Positions 1 to 13,896 of a stretch of 64,000 bases of DNA are shown piece by piece. Every line of letters begins with the position of its first letter. The first letter of the stretch is position 1. The position numbers and the translations under genes were made by a program. The DNA lies in NCBI GenBank assembly GCA_951406725.2, contig OX597816.1, forward strand, positions 172,670,001 through 172,734,000, in the 5' to 3' direction. Below the pieces are notes generated by a model. It was given only the letters and a program-made list of their open reading frames with translations. It was not told the DNA's origin and ran no database searches. The stretch comes from Octopus vulgaris. Its lineage: Eukaryota.

Positions 1-451
1 ATCAATGTAAATATTTTTGCTCCGTGAATTTGTAACTATTTCAAATAAGTCGAATTGTCCTTATTTAAAATAGCTATTTTTGAAGCCCATGAATTCATCT
101 AACGAAAACGGTTTTCTTTACAATGGTGTAATGTTTTCATTCATCAATCAAAGGAACCGTTGGAAACGGCCGTAAACGATCGACACCCCGTACCTCTTTG
201 TTACTCATATTTTATTTACCAATCCTGGAATCTGCGCTTCGTAAATATTATAGACAGTATTTTACTACAAAGTACATGTCTGAATAGCTAAGAGCGGATT
301 TCTTCACTCAGGTGGGTCTTATTATCTGCATACACTGCAAGAATATCATGTAGCCGGCACTTATGCACCACTTAATATTGTTGGGTGTGCATGTTAGTCT
401 GACCTAACAAAGTATCTCATTTTAGTACCTAATTCAACTGAATCTTAATTG

Positions 452-487
<36 letters not shown>

Positions 488-640
488 TGTATGTATGTAT
501 GTATGTATATATATTTAAAGGGCTAAAAACCACTATGTGGACAGCCATATGCTAGAAGTAGATCATCTACGATCAAACTACAAAGAAAGAATGTTCTCTA
601 GAGAAAAATTCACCGGACACCAGAACAATATGCGGGAGCC

Positions 641-1002
641 ATGGAAAGGTCAATGCTTGGTATCTCGTTGAGAGAGCACATCAGTAGCGAGATCGTCAGA
701 AAGAAGTCCGGCGTGAGGGATGTCATCGCAGAGTATACACGCAGCAAGTTTAAATTGGCTGGACACGTCGCCCGGCTCACCGATAATCGGTGGACCCGCG
801 CAGTTATCGAGTGGTACCCGCGCGAGCGGAAACGACCACCCGGAAGACCTCCACGACGGCGGAGTTACGATTTCAGGAGGACGATTGGGATCACGTGGAT
901 GAGAAAGGCGCGATCCAGAGAGGAGTGGACAGCGTGCTGTGACCAGCAGTGTCAAATGGACGCCCGACGGACTGGTCGGTCAAGGTGATCAAGGTGAAGG
1001 TG

Positions 1003-1003
<1 letters not shown>
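641..1003 (+). mobile_element. RTE-clade LINE 3' fragment (ORF2 C-terminus plus short tandem tail)
   Basis: ORF 641-988 reads ...AGHVARLTDNRW...WYPRERKRPPGRPPRR, the typical RTE C-terminal motif set. It is followed by a CAAGGTGAT/AAGGTGA tandem tail. A second copy is at 36385-36696. Confidence 0.85.
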
Positions 1004-1373
<370 letters not shown>

Positions 1374-1707
1374 TAACTCCAAGAATGTTACGGATAATAT
1401 CTATCCAATACACAGCTGGTAGAATACCCAATTATTAATACACAAGTGTTTTTATTGCATTGAAATTACATTACCTGGTGTACTAAATGGGTGAGGGTAA
1501 AGAGATATTTTACCATTAATTTTACCATTAATAGAGCAATAAGAAAATGGAGAGGATGGAGAGGTGGTTCATTACGCTTTACATATGTAAAGCATAATAT
1601 GTTATATCTATGTATATTCTTGTAATTATCAGTTTTGTAAATAAATAAATAAGTTAATATAAGTTGATGAATACCACCTATTGATCCCCTCTATTTTCTC
1701 ATTGCTA

Positions 1708-1743
<36 letters not shown>

Positions 1744-1952
1744 TGTATGTATGTATGTATGTATGTATGTATGTATGTATGTATATATGTATGAATGTAT
1801 GTATGTATGTATGTATGTATGTATGTATGTATATATGTATGAATGTATGTATGTATGTATGTATGTATGTATGTATGTATGTATGTGTGTGTGTATGTGT
1901 GTATGTATGTATGTATATGAGTATTCACACACACACACACATATATATTATT

Positions 1953-2140
1953 TATAACAGTTTGATCCGGTTTCAAGTTTCGCAGGCAACCCAACGGAGA
2001 CCGTCTCCTTCAGGCTCTGTGATGGCCGAATGAAGAAGTCTAAGAAGTCAAAGATGGGTTACTTTTGGTCAAGGAGGGACACATGGTGTTAGGGGTCCGT
2101 GAAACTTGAGGTAGCACGGAAACCGAATCAAACTGCTATA
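1953..2140. mobile_element. MITE-like element with about 22-bp terminal inverted repeats
   Basis: TATAACAGTTTGATCCGGTTTC (1953-1974) matches the reverse complement of 2119-2140 (TATAGCAGTTTGATTCGGTTTC) with 2 mismatches; the ends are TA-rich. Confidence 0.55.
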
Positions 2141-2208
2141 CATAAGGCATGTAACTCCCACAAAATGTTTTGAGTGTCCTTTTTCTTTCGTTTGTCCACT
2201 CACTCTTA

Positions 2209-2787
2209 GTATGTATGTATGTATGTATGTATGTATGTATGTATGTATGTATGTATGTATGTATGTATGTATGTATGTATGTATGTATGTATGTATGTAT
2301 GTATGTATGTATGTATGTATGTATGTATGTATGTATGTATGTATGTATGTATGTATGTATGTATGTATGTATGTGTGTATGTATGTATGTATGTATGTGT
2401 GTATGTATGTATGTATGTATGTATGTATGTATGTATGTATGTATGTATGTATGTATGTATGTATGTATGTATGTATGTATGTATGTATGTATGTATGTAT
2501 GTATGTATGTATGTATGTATGTATGTATGTATGTATGTATGTATGTATGTATGTATGTATGTATGTATGTATGTATGTATGTATGTATGTATGTATGTGT
2601 GTATGTGTGTATGTATGTATGTATGTATGTGTGTGTATGTATGTATGTATGTATGTATGTATGTATGTGTGTATGTATGTATGTATGTGTGTATGTATGT
2701 ATGTGTGTATGTATGTATGCATGTATGTATGTATGTATTTATGTATGTATGTATGTATGTATGTATAAATGTATGTATGTATGTATG

Positions 2788-2821
<34 letters not shown>

Positions 2822-3220
2822 TGTATGTATGTGTGTGTGTATTTATGTATGTATGTATGTGTGTGTGTATGTATGTATGTATGTATGTGTGTATGTATGT
2901 ATGTATGTGTGTATGTATGTATGTATGTATGTATGTATGTATGTATGTATGTATGTATGTATTTATGTATGTATGTATGTATGTATGTATGTATGTATGT
3001 GTGTGTGTGTATGTATGTATGTATGTATGTATGTATGTGTGTATGTATGTATGTATGTGTGTATGTATGTATGTATGTATGTATGTATGTATGTGTGTAT
3101 GTATTTATGTATGTATGTGTGTATGTATGTATGTATGTATGTATGTATGTATATATGTGTGCATGTATGAATGTATGTATGTGTGTATGTATGTATGTAT
3201 GTATATATATATATATATAT
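2209..3220. repeat. About 1 kb (TATG)n microsatellite
   Basis: Direct reading. Confidence 0.95.
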
Positions 3221-3356
3221 AACGAGCTTTTCTCAGTTTTCATTTACCAAATCCACTCACAAGACTTTGGTCGGCCCGAAGCTATTGTATGAGACACTTG
3301 CCCGAGGCCCTACGAACCAACTATGTGGGTGGGAAGCAAACTTCTTACCACGCAGC
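3221..3356 (-). mobile_element. SINE family A, degenerate 5' fragment
   Basis: Similar to the CTTTCAGTTTCCGTCTACCAAATCCACTCACAAGG...GACACTTGCCC segment of full copies. Confidence 0.7.
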
Positions 3357-3364
3357 TACAAACA

Positions 3365-3423
<59 letters not shown>

Positions 3424-4279
3424 TGACACAACACACATATACATATATCTATTTATCTCTTAACTTTGAAAACAAAGGCCGTATATGCTTCCACTGCTGG
3501 TTGCATATCTTTGACTTTTGCGAATTACATCAGACAACCTTATGAGGTCATTCGGAGGCCCCAGAAATAGCTATTGGATCTGCAACATCATACCTTTTCC
3601 CCTAAATTTTCTGTGTGTTTGTATTCTGTGTAAGCTTCTCTATTGACATGTTTATAAATATGCACATTTTGTATATCTGGCACAAGCGATTGGTATGTGT
3701 TTAATTGTATCATTATCTCTCTCTATATATATACATAAATTTTTGATTATAGAAATTATCTTTATTCCAAGAGAATGTAAACAAACACCTAACGGCAATT
3801 GCGACCTGTTTCAAATATGTGTGTGTGTGTGAGAGAGAGAGAGAGAAAGAGTGTGTGTAGGTTTGTTCGTGCGTGTATCTGTGTGGATGTTTGCCTATTA
3901 TTACCGAACCAGTGAAGCATGACAAGAAACAAAGTGATGTATGGAAGAGAAAGTAGAGAGAAAAGAAGAGGTTATGGACAGTGAGATTTCATCGATAAAT
4001 CTAGGATGATGTGGTTCTTTTCATAGAAATTTATGACTTCATCTTCTGCCACGATGTTGTGACAAGCAGACATTAGTGCGACATGATGCTATATACGAAA
4101 GAGACGAGAGCACATGAACGACCATAACGTTAGCAACAGCATCAACATCAACGATGGTATTTTGATATTGATTTTTTTTATGTATGTTGGTATGTGGGTA
4201 GGTAGCTAGGTATCGAGGTAGATATGCATATATAGCACACACATACAGACACAGACACACTCACATTCATATTTACACA

Positions 4280-4620
4280 ATACATGCATATACATAAATA
4301 CATACATACATACATACATACATACATACATACATACATACATACATACATACATACATACATACATACATACATACATACATAAATACATACATACATA
4401 CATACATACATACATACATACATACATACATACATACATAAATACATAAATACATACATACATACATACATACATACATACATACATACATACATACATA
4501 AATACATAAATACATACATACATACATACATATACATAAATACATACATACATACATACATACATACATACATACATACATACATACATACATACATACA
4601 TACATACACACATATATATA
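4280..4620. repeat. (CATA)n microsatellite
   Basis: Direct reading. Confidence 0.95.
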
Positions 4621-5289
4621 TAAATAATCATACATATATATTTACAAAAGTACGTATGTATACACACACATATATTTATATACTTATGTAGATATAAATA
4701 AATTATATATATATACACGTATGTATATATAAATATAAAAATATTTATTCATATAAAATTTGTATATATGCATATATATATATGTATATATATATATATT
4801 ATATGAGGGGTTTAGTTCTTTTGTGATCTAAACGAATAGGTGTCTAAGTGCTATAGTTGGTCAACCGTTACGTTCCAAGATCATACCTAAGGCTGGATCT
4901 AGGGATCCGTGTTAGGGTCCCGATATATATATAAGGGAATTTGTATGCGTGAGTGTGTGTGCATCTTTTTCTTATGCATTCGAAAACTGAGTTGCCGATG
5001 ATGACGTATGGGGTATCAAAAGATTCAGTAATCTTTCGGATACCAAATAAACAATATTTTCATTTATATTTTTTCTACGTTATCTCAACCACCAGCTTTA
5101 GTTGCTTGAAAGACACTGCTCTACGACAACCGGATTTCCTTAGAAAGTGAAAATAGTTTCACACTTTCATTTGAACCAAAATTACAAAGCGGTGCATTAC
5201 GAGAATGACCATGTGTGATTAATGGAAGTAATGTTTCTCCGATTTAGTCACATCTGTACTAAAATAAGGAAAGCTGCTTATCATCTATC

Positions 5290-6160
5290 TATTGCGGTCT
5301 TTTCAATTGCATGAACTAAAAGTCGGAGAGAGACAGGATAAGCTACCTGCATCAATATAAAAGCAGGTAGTAATTTTACCTTGTTCTTAATCTTAGTGCA
5401 AGTTTTGAAGAGTGCAGTTCGATTTTAGCAGTTATTTTTTCAAAGCTATAATGGAAGTGACAAAGGAACTTCTTCGGCATATTTTGCTTTATGAGTTCAA
5501 TAAAGGCAACAACGCAACGGAAAGTGCGAGGAATATTATTGCAGTGTATGGGGATCGGACAATAAGCGTAAGCCAGTGTCAACTGTAGTTCCAGAAATTC
5601 CGAATCGTAAACTACGGCCTAGAAGACGAACCTGGTTCTGAAAGATCTGCAGAGCCTGGTGGAACAAAATTCCATCATAACTTTTGACGAACTAGCAGGG
5701 AAGCTTGGATTTGGTCATTCAACCAGTCATTCAAGTCAGCGCTAGAAGAAAAACAACCATCTTTGGTTTGAAGACGAAAAATGTTCTTCTATCAGGATAA
5801 TGCTTGGTCACATACAGCGAGGGTGACATTCCAAAGGCCGGGGAAGTTTGAATGGGAATGGATTCCCTACTCACAATATTCGCCGGACATTCCTCCACCT
5901 GATTATTCTGCAGTCTTAAAAATCATTGGGACATAAAAAATATGAATTCTGCAAATGAGGTCAGAACAGTAGTGGAGGAGTATTTTTTGTCACAGACAAG
6001 TGAATTTTGGAAAAATTCCTTGTAAGTCAACCAGATAGATGGAAGAGCATTGTAGAAAATGAAGGAGAGTATATTTTAGATTAAAAAAGAACTTTGTTTA
6101 TCTTAATTTTGTAAAATAAATGAAGCATAAAAACCGCATTATTTATGGGATGACTCAATA
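5290..6160 (+). mobile_element. Decayed, internally deleted mariner transposon (transposase pseudogene about 5451-6084)
   Basis: From ATG 5451: MEVTKELLRHILLYEFNKGNNATESARNI...*FQKF...LEDEPGSERS (mariner HTH region). Later: FYQDNAWSHTA, YSPDIPPPDY (cf. YSPDLAPSDY) and C-terminal PDRWKSIVENEGEYILD*. Contains in-frame stops. Probable right TIR at about 6134-6160 followed by TA. Confidence 0.85.
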
Positions 6161-6404
6161 TAAAGGCTACCAAATAAACTGTTTCTGGCACAAGAGCTCT
6201 TTTTTACTTCTAAAATAACCTGAGAAACGAGATCGGGTCGCACGATTTTCAGGTCATTTTCGGGCAGTATTTCGATTTGCTTCTGTTTCACTTGCGTCCG
6301 ATGTTTCATGTATGAATAGAATTCTCAGACAAACATTTATGAAAATGTGCACACAGATATTGTATCAAAATAAGCCCCAACCAAACTAATTTTATTAATA
6401 GATA

Positions 6405-6593
6405 TCCTTTTCTACTCTAGGCACAAGGCCCGAATTTTGTGAGGAGGGCACCAATCGATCAGATCGACCCCAGTACGCAACTGGTACTTAATTTATCGAC
6501 CCAGAAAGGGTGAAAGGCAAAGTCAACCTTGGCGGAATTTAAACTCAGAACGTAAAGACAGACGAAATACCGCTAAGCGTTTCGGCGGCGTGC
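6405..6593 (-). mobile_element. SINE family C copy
   Basis: Shares the core ACTGGTACTTAATTTATCGACCC...GAAAGGCAAAGTC...GGCGGAATTT(G)AACTCAGAACG. Flanked by the near-direct repeat AATTTT(C)ATTAATAGATATCC at about 6388 and 6594. Confidence 0.8.
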
Positions 6594-6664
6594 AATTTTC
6601 ATTAATAGATATCCATTTCTCTATATGTTATGACGAAATACAGTCACTCACTCTGTCTCTCTCA

Positions 6665-6697
<33 letters not shown>

Positions 6698-6712
6698 ATA
6701 TGCAAATGCACA

Positions 6713-7095
6713 TCTCTCTCTATATAAACGGCAGTTTGTCTGTGCGTGTTTCTGTGTGTCTGTTTGCTTGTACCCACACCCTGACCACGGCTTTCAACCG
6801 ATTCTGATGAAACTTGACACACACATAGCCCAATGTCATAATTCAAAACTAACGCAGCGAAAATTTTGAAAAGTTCCCCCAGTTCTGAAAATAATCGATA
6901 AATTCGACATGGGGTCGAGAATCAGAAACCCAAACCACAGACCGTCTAGGGGACGCAACTCCACCTTTTTTTACTCTCAAAAAAATTTACCATCAGTTTT
7001 TTCCATTTTTTTGCTATTTTTTGGCTATAACTCTCTAAAAATGCTTTATAGTTATTTCCCTTACAAACCTGAGCAACGCCGGGCGATACTGCTAG
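6713..7095 (+). mobile_element. Non-autonomous Helitron
   Basis: Inserted between A6712 and T7096, with 5' TC and 3' CTAG ends. Subterminal GC-rich hairpin CCTGAGCAACGCCGGG; no TSD. Confidence 0.8.
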
Positions 7096-7533
7096 TAAAT
7101 TGATAAATTGATAAAGTAAACGTAGAATGACTGAATGATTAAAATCTCTTCATTATACATACATACATACAAGAAGTACCCAGTGATGACCAGACATTGC
7201 ACAAACGGAAAAATAATACACAGCTGGAAGTGATTTGCGCGGTATTTGGTTGATATTTATGCCAAATCGCGCTATCGTGTAGGGTCTCCCACTATGTCCC
7301 TAAAGTATAAGTATGCGAATGGCAGTAAGTAAAAGTTGGCTGCTATTTCAAATAGGTTTACCTATTATCTAAAGGTATACCTTCTTAGCTCAGATGTTTA
7401 TCTAAAAAATAAATATATGAAATGTTCAGGTTGAAGCTTAACTTCCACACTGTTACAGTAATGCCTTCTGCCGTGGAAGGAACGTTGTAACTATAGTTAT
7501 TGTTCTTTGTATACAGGTTGTAATTGATAAAGT

Positions 7534-7919
7534 GTTGAAGCACTCCGTCGGTTACGACGACGAGGGTTCCGGTTGATCCGATGAACGGAACAGCCTGCTC
7601 GTGAAATTAACAAGTAAGTGGCTGAGCACTCCACAGACACGTGCACCCTTAACGTAGTTCTCGGGGATATTCAGCGTGACACAGAGAGTGACAAGGCCGG
7701 CCCCTTTGAAATACAGGTACAACAGAAACAGGAAGTAAGAGTGAGAGAAAGTTGTGGCGAAAGAGTACAGCAGGGATCACCACCATCCCCTGCCGGAGCC
7801 TCGTGGAGCTTTATGTGTTTTCGCTCAATAAACACTCACAACGCCCGGTCTGGGAATCGAAACCGCGATCCTATGACCGCGAGTCCGCTGCCCTAACCAC
7901 TGGGCCATTGCGCCTCTAC
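7534..7919 (-). mobile_element. tRNA-derived SINE family B, full length with TSD
   Basis: Minus-strand A box TGGCCCAGTGG and B box GTTTCGATTCC; 12-bp TSD AATTGATAAAGT at 7522-7533 and 7920-7931. Confidence 0.9.
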
Positions 7920-8476
7920 AATTGATAAAGTAAACGTAGAATGACTGAATGATTAAAATCACTTCATTATCAGATGTTCGATAGCCCTGGCTGTTGCCTT
8001 GGGTTAATAATATGTATTCTATAATCCTTAAATTCATCCATACTTTTCTTTTAATGAAACAGTAGACGAGAAACGTATGGAAGCCTGTCCCCTCAGGTCT
8101 TGAGTGTTTTGTTTATAAAATTAAGGCAATGGCTAGGTTTTAACTAAAACTCGTTGGTCACCTTATTGTTCCGCGTTCAAATCCTACAGTAGTTTGGGTT
8201 TTTTTTTTTTACATGCTTTCAGACGTCAATAAAGTACGGGCAAGTTTGATGTCGATACAATGCAATTTACTCCGACCCCACCCAACCTCCCCAATTGCTT
8301 CTTCAGCTTGTTAATAGAGATCAATAATATTTCATTTAATTCCATGACTATATGGAACAGCTGAACAAGAGGTAGCAGGAAATAATTTCATCATCATCAA
8401 CAACATCAACAACAACAACAACGACACCAACATCAATAATAAGCTCTCTGTTCCATCACCATGTACTACTATTACT

Positions 8477-8866
8477 GTGGAGGCGCAATGGCCCAGTGGT
8501 TAGGGCAGCGGACTCGCCGTCATAGGATCGCGGTTTCGATTCCCAGACCGGGCGTTGTGAGTGTTTATTGAGCGAAAACACCTAAAAGCTCCACGAGGCT
8601 CCGGCAGGGGATGGTGGTGATCCCTGCTGTACTCTTTCACCACAACTTTCTCTCACTCTTACTTCCTGTTTCTGTTGTACCTGTATTTCAAAGGGCCGGC
8701 CTTGTCACTCTCTGTGTCACGCTGAATATCCCCGAGAACTACGTTAAGGGTACGCGTGTCTGTGGAGTGCTCAGCCACTTACACGTTAATTTCACGAGCA
8801 GGCTGTTCCGTTGATTCGGATCAACCGGAACCCTCGTCGTCGTAACCGACGGAGTGCTTCCATTCC
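8477..8866 (+). mobile_element. tRNA-derived SINE family B, full length with TSD
   Basis: Same A and B boxes; 12-bp TSD ACTACTATTACT at 8465-8476 and 8867-8878; near-identical to the reverse complement of 7534-7919. Confidence 0.9.
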
Positions 8867-8899
8867 ACTACTATTACTACGACTACTACTAAATAATCA

Positions 8900-9545
8900 T
8901 TGTTTCTGATTTAGGTACAAGGCCAGAAGTTTTGAGGGGAAGGTGGTTAGTTGACGCCATCGACACGACTCTTGACTTATACGCTATTTTATTGACCTCG
9001 GATAGAGGAAAGGTAAAGCTGACCTCGGCAAGATTTGAATTCGGAAATTAAAAAGTGGAACTAATTTCGCTAAGCGCATTCTTACCGACGCTCTGACGAT
9101 TCTGCCAAATCCCCAGGCTTTATATAAATGATAATCCTTCTACTATATGCTCAATGCCTGAAAATTTCTGGCTATAAGGCTAACCAATAATATTGACCCC
9201 AGTATTCAACTGGTACTTATTTCATCGACCCCGTAAAAGATAAAAGGCAAAGTAGTTGAACTCAGAACTTAAAGAGCCGGAAGAAATGACGTTAAGAATT
9301 TTGTTCGGAGCAATAATGCTTTGCCAGCTCGTCATAATTGCTTCAAACTTTGACACAAGGACAATAATTGAGGAAAGGGCAGTCGATTATATTGCCTCTT
9401 GTATTTGACTGGTGATTTCTTTCATCAATCCTGAAAGGATGAAAGGCAACGTTGAACTCGGCGGTATTTGAGCTCAGACTGTAAAGAGCTAGAAGAAATA
9501 CCGATAAGCATTTTGTTCGACGCGCTAACCATTCTATCAGCTTGC
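8900..9545 (-). mobile_element. Three consecutive degenerate SINE family C copies
   Basis: Repeated CACAAGG...TCGACC...GAAAGG(C)AAAG...TTGAACTC motifs at about 8900, 9135 and 9345. Confidence 0.65.
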
Positions 9546-9559
9546 TCCCTTCTCGTTTA

Positions 9560-9792
9560 TCTTTTATCTTTTTACTTGTTTCTGTCATTTGACTGCAGTC
9601 ATGCGGGGCACCGCCTTGAAAGATTTTAGTCAAAACGATCGATCCCAGGACTTATTTTTTTAAGCCTGTTACTTATTCTGTCGGTCTCTTTTGTCGAACT
9701 GCTAAGTTATGGGGGCCGTAAACACACCAACACTGGTTTTCAGCGGTGGTGGTGGTGGGGGGACAAACACAGACACAAAAACTCACACACAC
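9560..9792 (-). mobile_element. SINE family A, 3' half
   Basis: TTTTACTTGTTTC...CATTTGACTGC...GGACAAACACAGACAC. Confidence 0.75.
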
Positions 9793-10517
9793 GGCCTCCA
9801 GACGACTTCGGAATCTCCTGCAACTCTTCTAGACGGTCTCCTTCTTTAAGTTGGTGAATGCTGCCATAATCCTTGCCTTCAGTTCATCTTTGGTGTAACC
9901 AGAATTTTTGTTGGTCTCTCACTCAACTCCGCCCCACACATAATAATCAAGGGGTTGCAGTCTGGGGAGTTAGGTGGCCAGATGTTAGGGATGATGTGGT
10001 TGCAGAAATTGTCTGACAGCCATGACTGGGTTCTCCTGCTTGAGTGGCATGGTGCAGAGTCCTACTGTCAGACATAGGGTCTCCCAACAACCACTCTCTT
10101 GACCTAGGGCAGCACTACCTCTTCCAGGCACTTGATGTAGGCATCGCTGTTGAGTCTGAGGCCGCGTGGGAAGATGAATGGAGGCATAATGTCACCATCG
10201 CTAGTGATCACTCCAAACACCATGATGTTGACTGGATTTTTGAATTTTATCACTCTCGGTACATGTTTTTAGGGACATGACAAGTCAACGGTTGTTCTGT
10301 GTTCGTTATCTGTTCGTATTGGAGCTTCCGGCGCGAATAGCAAGCAGGACAGCGTATCGTTTTCAAATTTCTGGCAGAGTGAATTGCGTCATTGTACTGT
10401 TTCTCTCACAGACGGTGCCCAACTGGCCCTACTATACAGTGTGGTCGACAAAATCAAAAGCAAACAATGCACATGCGCGAAATTAAGAATATAAAATTTA
10501 CCCATCGCATCCAATGT
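9793..10517 (-). mobile_element. Decayed Tc1/mariner-superfamily DD37D (maT-type) transposon
   Basis: Minus-strand translation DSAPCHSSRRTQSWLSDNFCNHIIPNIWPPNSPDCNPLDYYVWG has 37 residues between the second and third catalytic Asp. N-terminal remnant near 10390. The right boundary is approximate. Confidence 0.8.
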
Positions 10518-10712
10518 ATGTGTATACATATATATATATATATATATTATATAAAGTTAATCCAAACAAGAAAACAAAAACAAAAAAAACAACAACGCAA
10601 GGACGTGGAACAAATAAAGTATTATTGGACGCTCTTCGTCGGAAACATAGGAGAAGGAAAGATCCCGAGAAGGGAAGACAAGGGAAAAAAATCGCTAGTG
10701 ATACAGATGAGG

Positions 10713-10797
<85 letters not shown>

Positions 10798-10916
10798 TGT
10801 ATGTATGTATGTATGTATGTATGTATGTATGTATGTATGTATGTATGTATGTTGTATGTATGTATGCATGTATGTATGTATGTATGTATGTATGTATATA
10901 TGTATGTGTATGCATG

Positions 10917-10954
<38 letters not shown>

Positions 10955-10956
<2 letters not shown>

Positions 10957-11225
10957 TGCATAGAGGGTGCTTGTAAAGGCAAGAACATGATATACATAGG
11001 GGAAACATCTAGAAGCATTGCGGTGAGACTAAATGCCAATTTGAGACAATATTACGACAAAAGACAGTCCTCCGTACTCTACCAACTTACCAAAGACCAA
11101 CATGAAGGCGCACTGGGTCAACTTGACATCCGCATTTTATCTAAACACCTGAAGGACCCAACACCCTGACAAACGCTGGAGTACATCCTCATAAATGAAA
11201 CACCCCTAGTATTAAATAGGAAATA
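10955..11225 (+). mobile_element. Penelope-like element GIY-YIG endonuclease fragment (pseudogene)
   Basis: [26 protein letters not shown]...H...IRILSK...*QTLEYILINETPLVLNRK shows the YIG, R, E and LN hallmarks, with an in-frame stop. Confidence 0.75.
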
Positions 11226-11654
11226 AACGCAGAAGGTAGTGATACCCCGATACCCACAGTTTATACTTACATAAGTAGATTTGTTAGTAGACAGTTATGT
11301 AGACGTATATATGCGTGTGTGTGTGTGTGTGTAGGTAATTGGATATGTAAGTAAACAGATAGATAAATAGATAGATAGGCACATAGGTAATATGGACAGA
11401 CAAGCACACACACACACACACACACATACACACATACACACATACACACATACACAAATGAAGACTGAAACACATGACCATATACACACACGCACACTTC
11501 ACACACACAGGGACACATATGGAGACACACATCCATTCATAACAGACGCACGTGCATAGTTACACAAAGCCATGCACATAAGCACACTCAAACATTCACA
11601 CACAATGAGACAGAGGTACACACACACACATACAAACAAACAAACAAACATGAA

Positions 11655-12169
11655 CACATACATACATACATACATACATACATACATACATACACACATA
11701 CATACATACATACATACATACATACATACATACATACATACATACATCCATATATACATGCATACATACACACATGCATACATACATACATACATACATA
11801 CATACATACATACATACATACATACACACACATACATACATACATACATACATACATACATACATACATACATACATACATACATACATACATACATACA
11901 CACACACATACATACATATATACACACACACATACATACATACATACATACATACATACATACATACATACATACATACATACTTACATACACACATACA
12001 TACATACATACATACATACATACATACATACATACATTCATACATACATACATACATACATGCATGCATACATACATACATACATACACACACATACATA
12101 CATACATACATACATACATACATACATACATACATGCATACATACATACATACATACATACATACATAC

Positions 12170-12200
<31 letters not shown>

Positions 12201-12255
12201 CATACATACATACATACATACATACATACATACATACACACATACATACATACAA
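11655..12255. repeat. (CATA)n microsatellite
   Basis: Direct reading. Confidence 0.95.
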
Positions 12256-13896
12256 AACAATAAAATTTATACTTAAATCATTGCAGCTAAGGATAAAATT
12301 TCAAATAAAATATTTAGATTTAGAAAATATTAGCTTTTATTAAAACTAAAAATGTTATTACAAGTTATTACTTCTATTTGTTATTAGTTGTTACTTCTAT
12401 TAAAATAAAAAAAATAACTCTCAATTAAACCATTTTTTGCACTTGAAAAAATTTAGTTTTTAATTGTTAATTAATAATTAGAAATTTGAAAATAGATTAT
12501 AAAAGATAATTATAGTACATAGTACAATAAATGAAATAATACAAACATTAGTTATATATTACAGTAAAATCTACCTATAACAAAAAATTCACAGTAAAAT
12601 TTGCTTGAGTTATTGCCTAAGTTATTGCCAAGTCTTCACATTTTTAGTCTTGACCCAATACCTATTTTTTACTTAATGAATTTGCCTACCATATATACTA
12701 TTCTACTTTGCATAAAACTTTAGCTATATTGGTACTTCTGGCTCTCATTTTAAAAGTATTCTAGTGTGTCAATATTTTACCAAAATGGTGGTATCCTTTT
12801 TAATTATAATGTTCCTTTATAAGTTAAAATCAAACAATTTTTGATATTCAAATTTTATCCTAAGCTGCAATATTTCAAGTAAAAATTTTATTGTTCTGTA
12901 CTTTACCAGATGTAATAACTTGTCCTGAACTTTTCCAAGTGTAATAACTTGTCCTGTGATTTTCCAGCTTTATAATCTTAAGAACATTATTTCTCTTGCT
13001 CGCATTTTTCCACGTAACCCATATTTTTTACAGCTATGCTATTATGCTAAAAACGTCTCAATAATTTAAGATTTTACCTTTTGAAAATTGTCTATCATTT
13101 AAGCTGACGTAATTAAACTAATGGCAAATTAGCAGTGTCGTTGATAATTTTTTTCCTTACCTCAATGATACCTGTGACATATTAAAAGTCCCCTTATAGA
13201 ACTATATTCATAGAAAAGTATAGAACTTTTTTATCACCCTTAAATTTGAGAAACAAACACTCATAATTTTTTTCTTTTAAAACTTCATTGCGTGAAATTG
13301 ATACCACGAAATTCCTCGAATTGAGGTCTATCAATTAAGCTTAATTAAAATATAGTTTGTTTCTTAAAATAAAAAAGTTAATTATACTTAAATCCAATTT
13401 TTTGCCTTATATTTTTAAAATGATATTTTACCTCACAACTTTTTTGATACAGGTTTTTGTTGCATGGGACCAAAACTATGAAATTCCTCATGCTTTCTTC
13501 TATCATTGAAGCTAAGATAAATATATTTTGCTCTTAAAATAAAAGAATTTATTTAGATCTAAACTTGATTGGAGGCATTACTTGCTCTCCTATTGTATAA
13601 TGTTATTTTGGGTTCTCTGCACATAAGAAAATACAGGTTGATCCCAGCTTAAAATATCATTGGTCAGAGCTGTTCTGGAGCTTAAACAACAACCACAACC
13701 ACAACCAACACTACCACCACTACTACTACCATCACATCATCACTTCTACTGCCACTGCCACCACAACTACTACTTTACTACAACCTCACATTCACATCTA
13801 CTACTGCCAATACTATCGCCACAACACTATATCGCCATTTCTACTTCCACCAATACCGTCAGTACCAGTACTACCAACCCATCACTTCTTAGACTG

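Noticed and set aside
8479-8555. tRNA gene
   Set aside because: It is the tRNA-derived head of a multicopy SINE with a TSD, and I could not fold a proper cloverleaf
12290-13600. 1.3-kb very AT-rich block with a small internal duplication near 12910-12957
   Set aside because: No TIRs, ORF or motif found; may be old transposon sequence but this is unsupported
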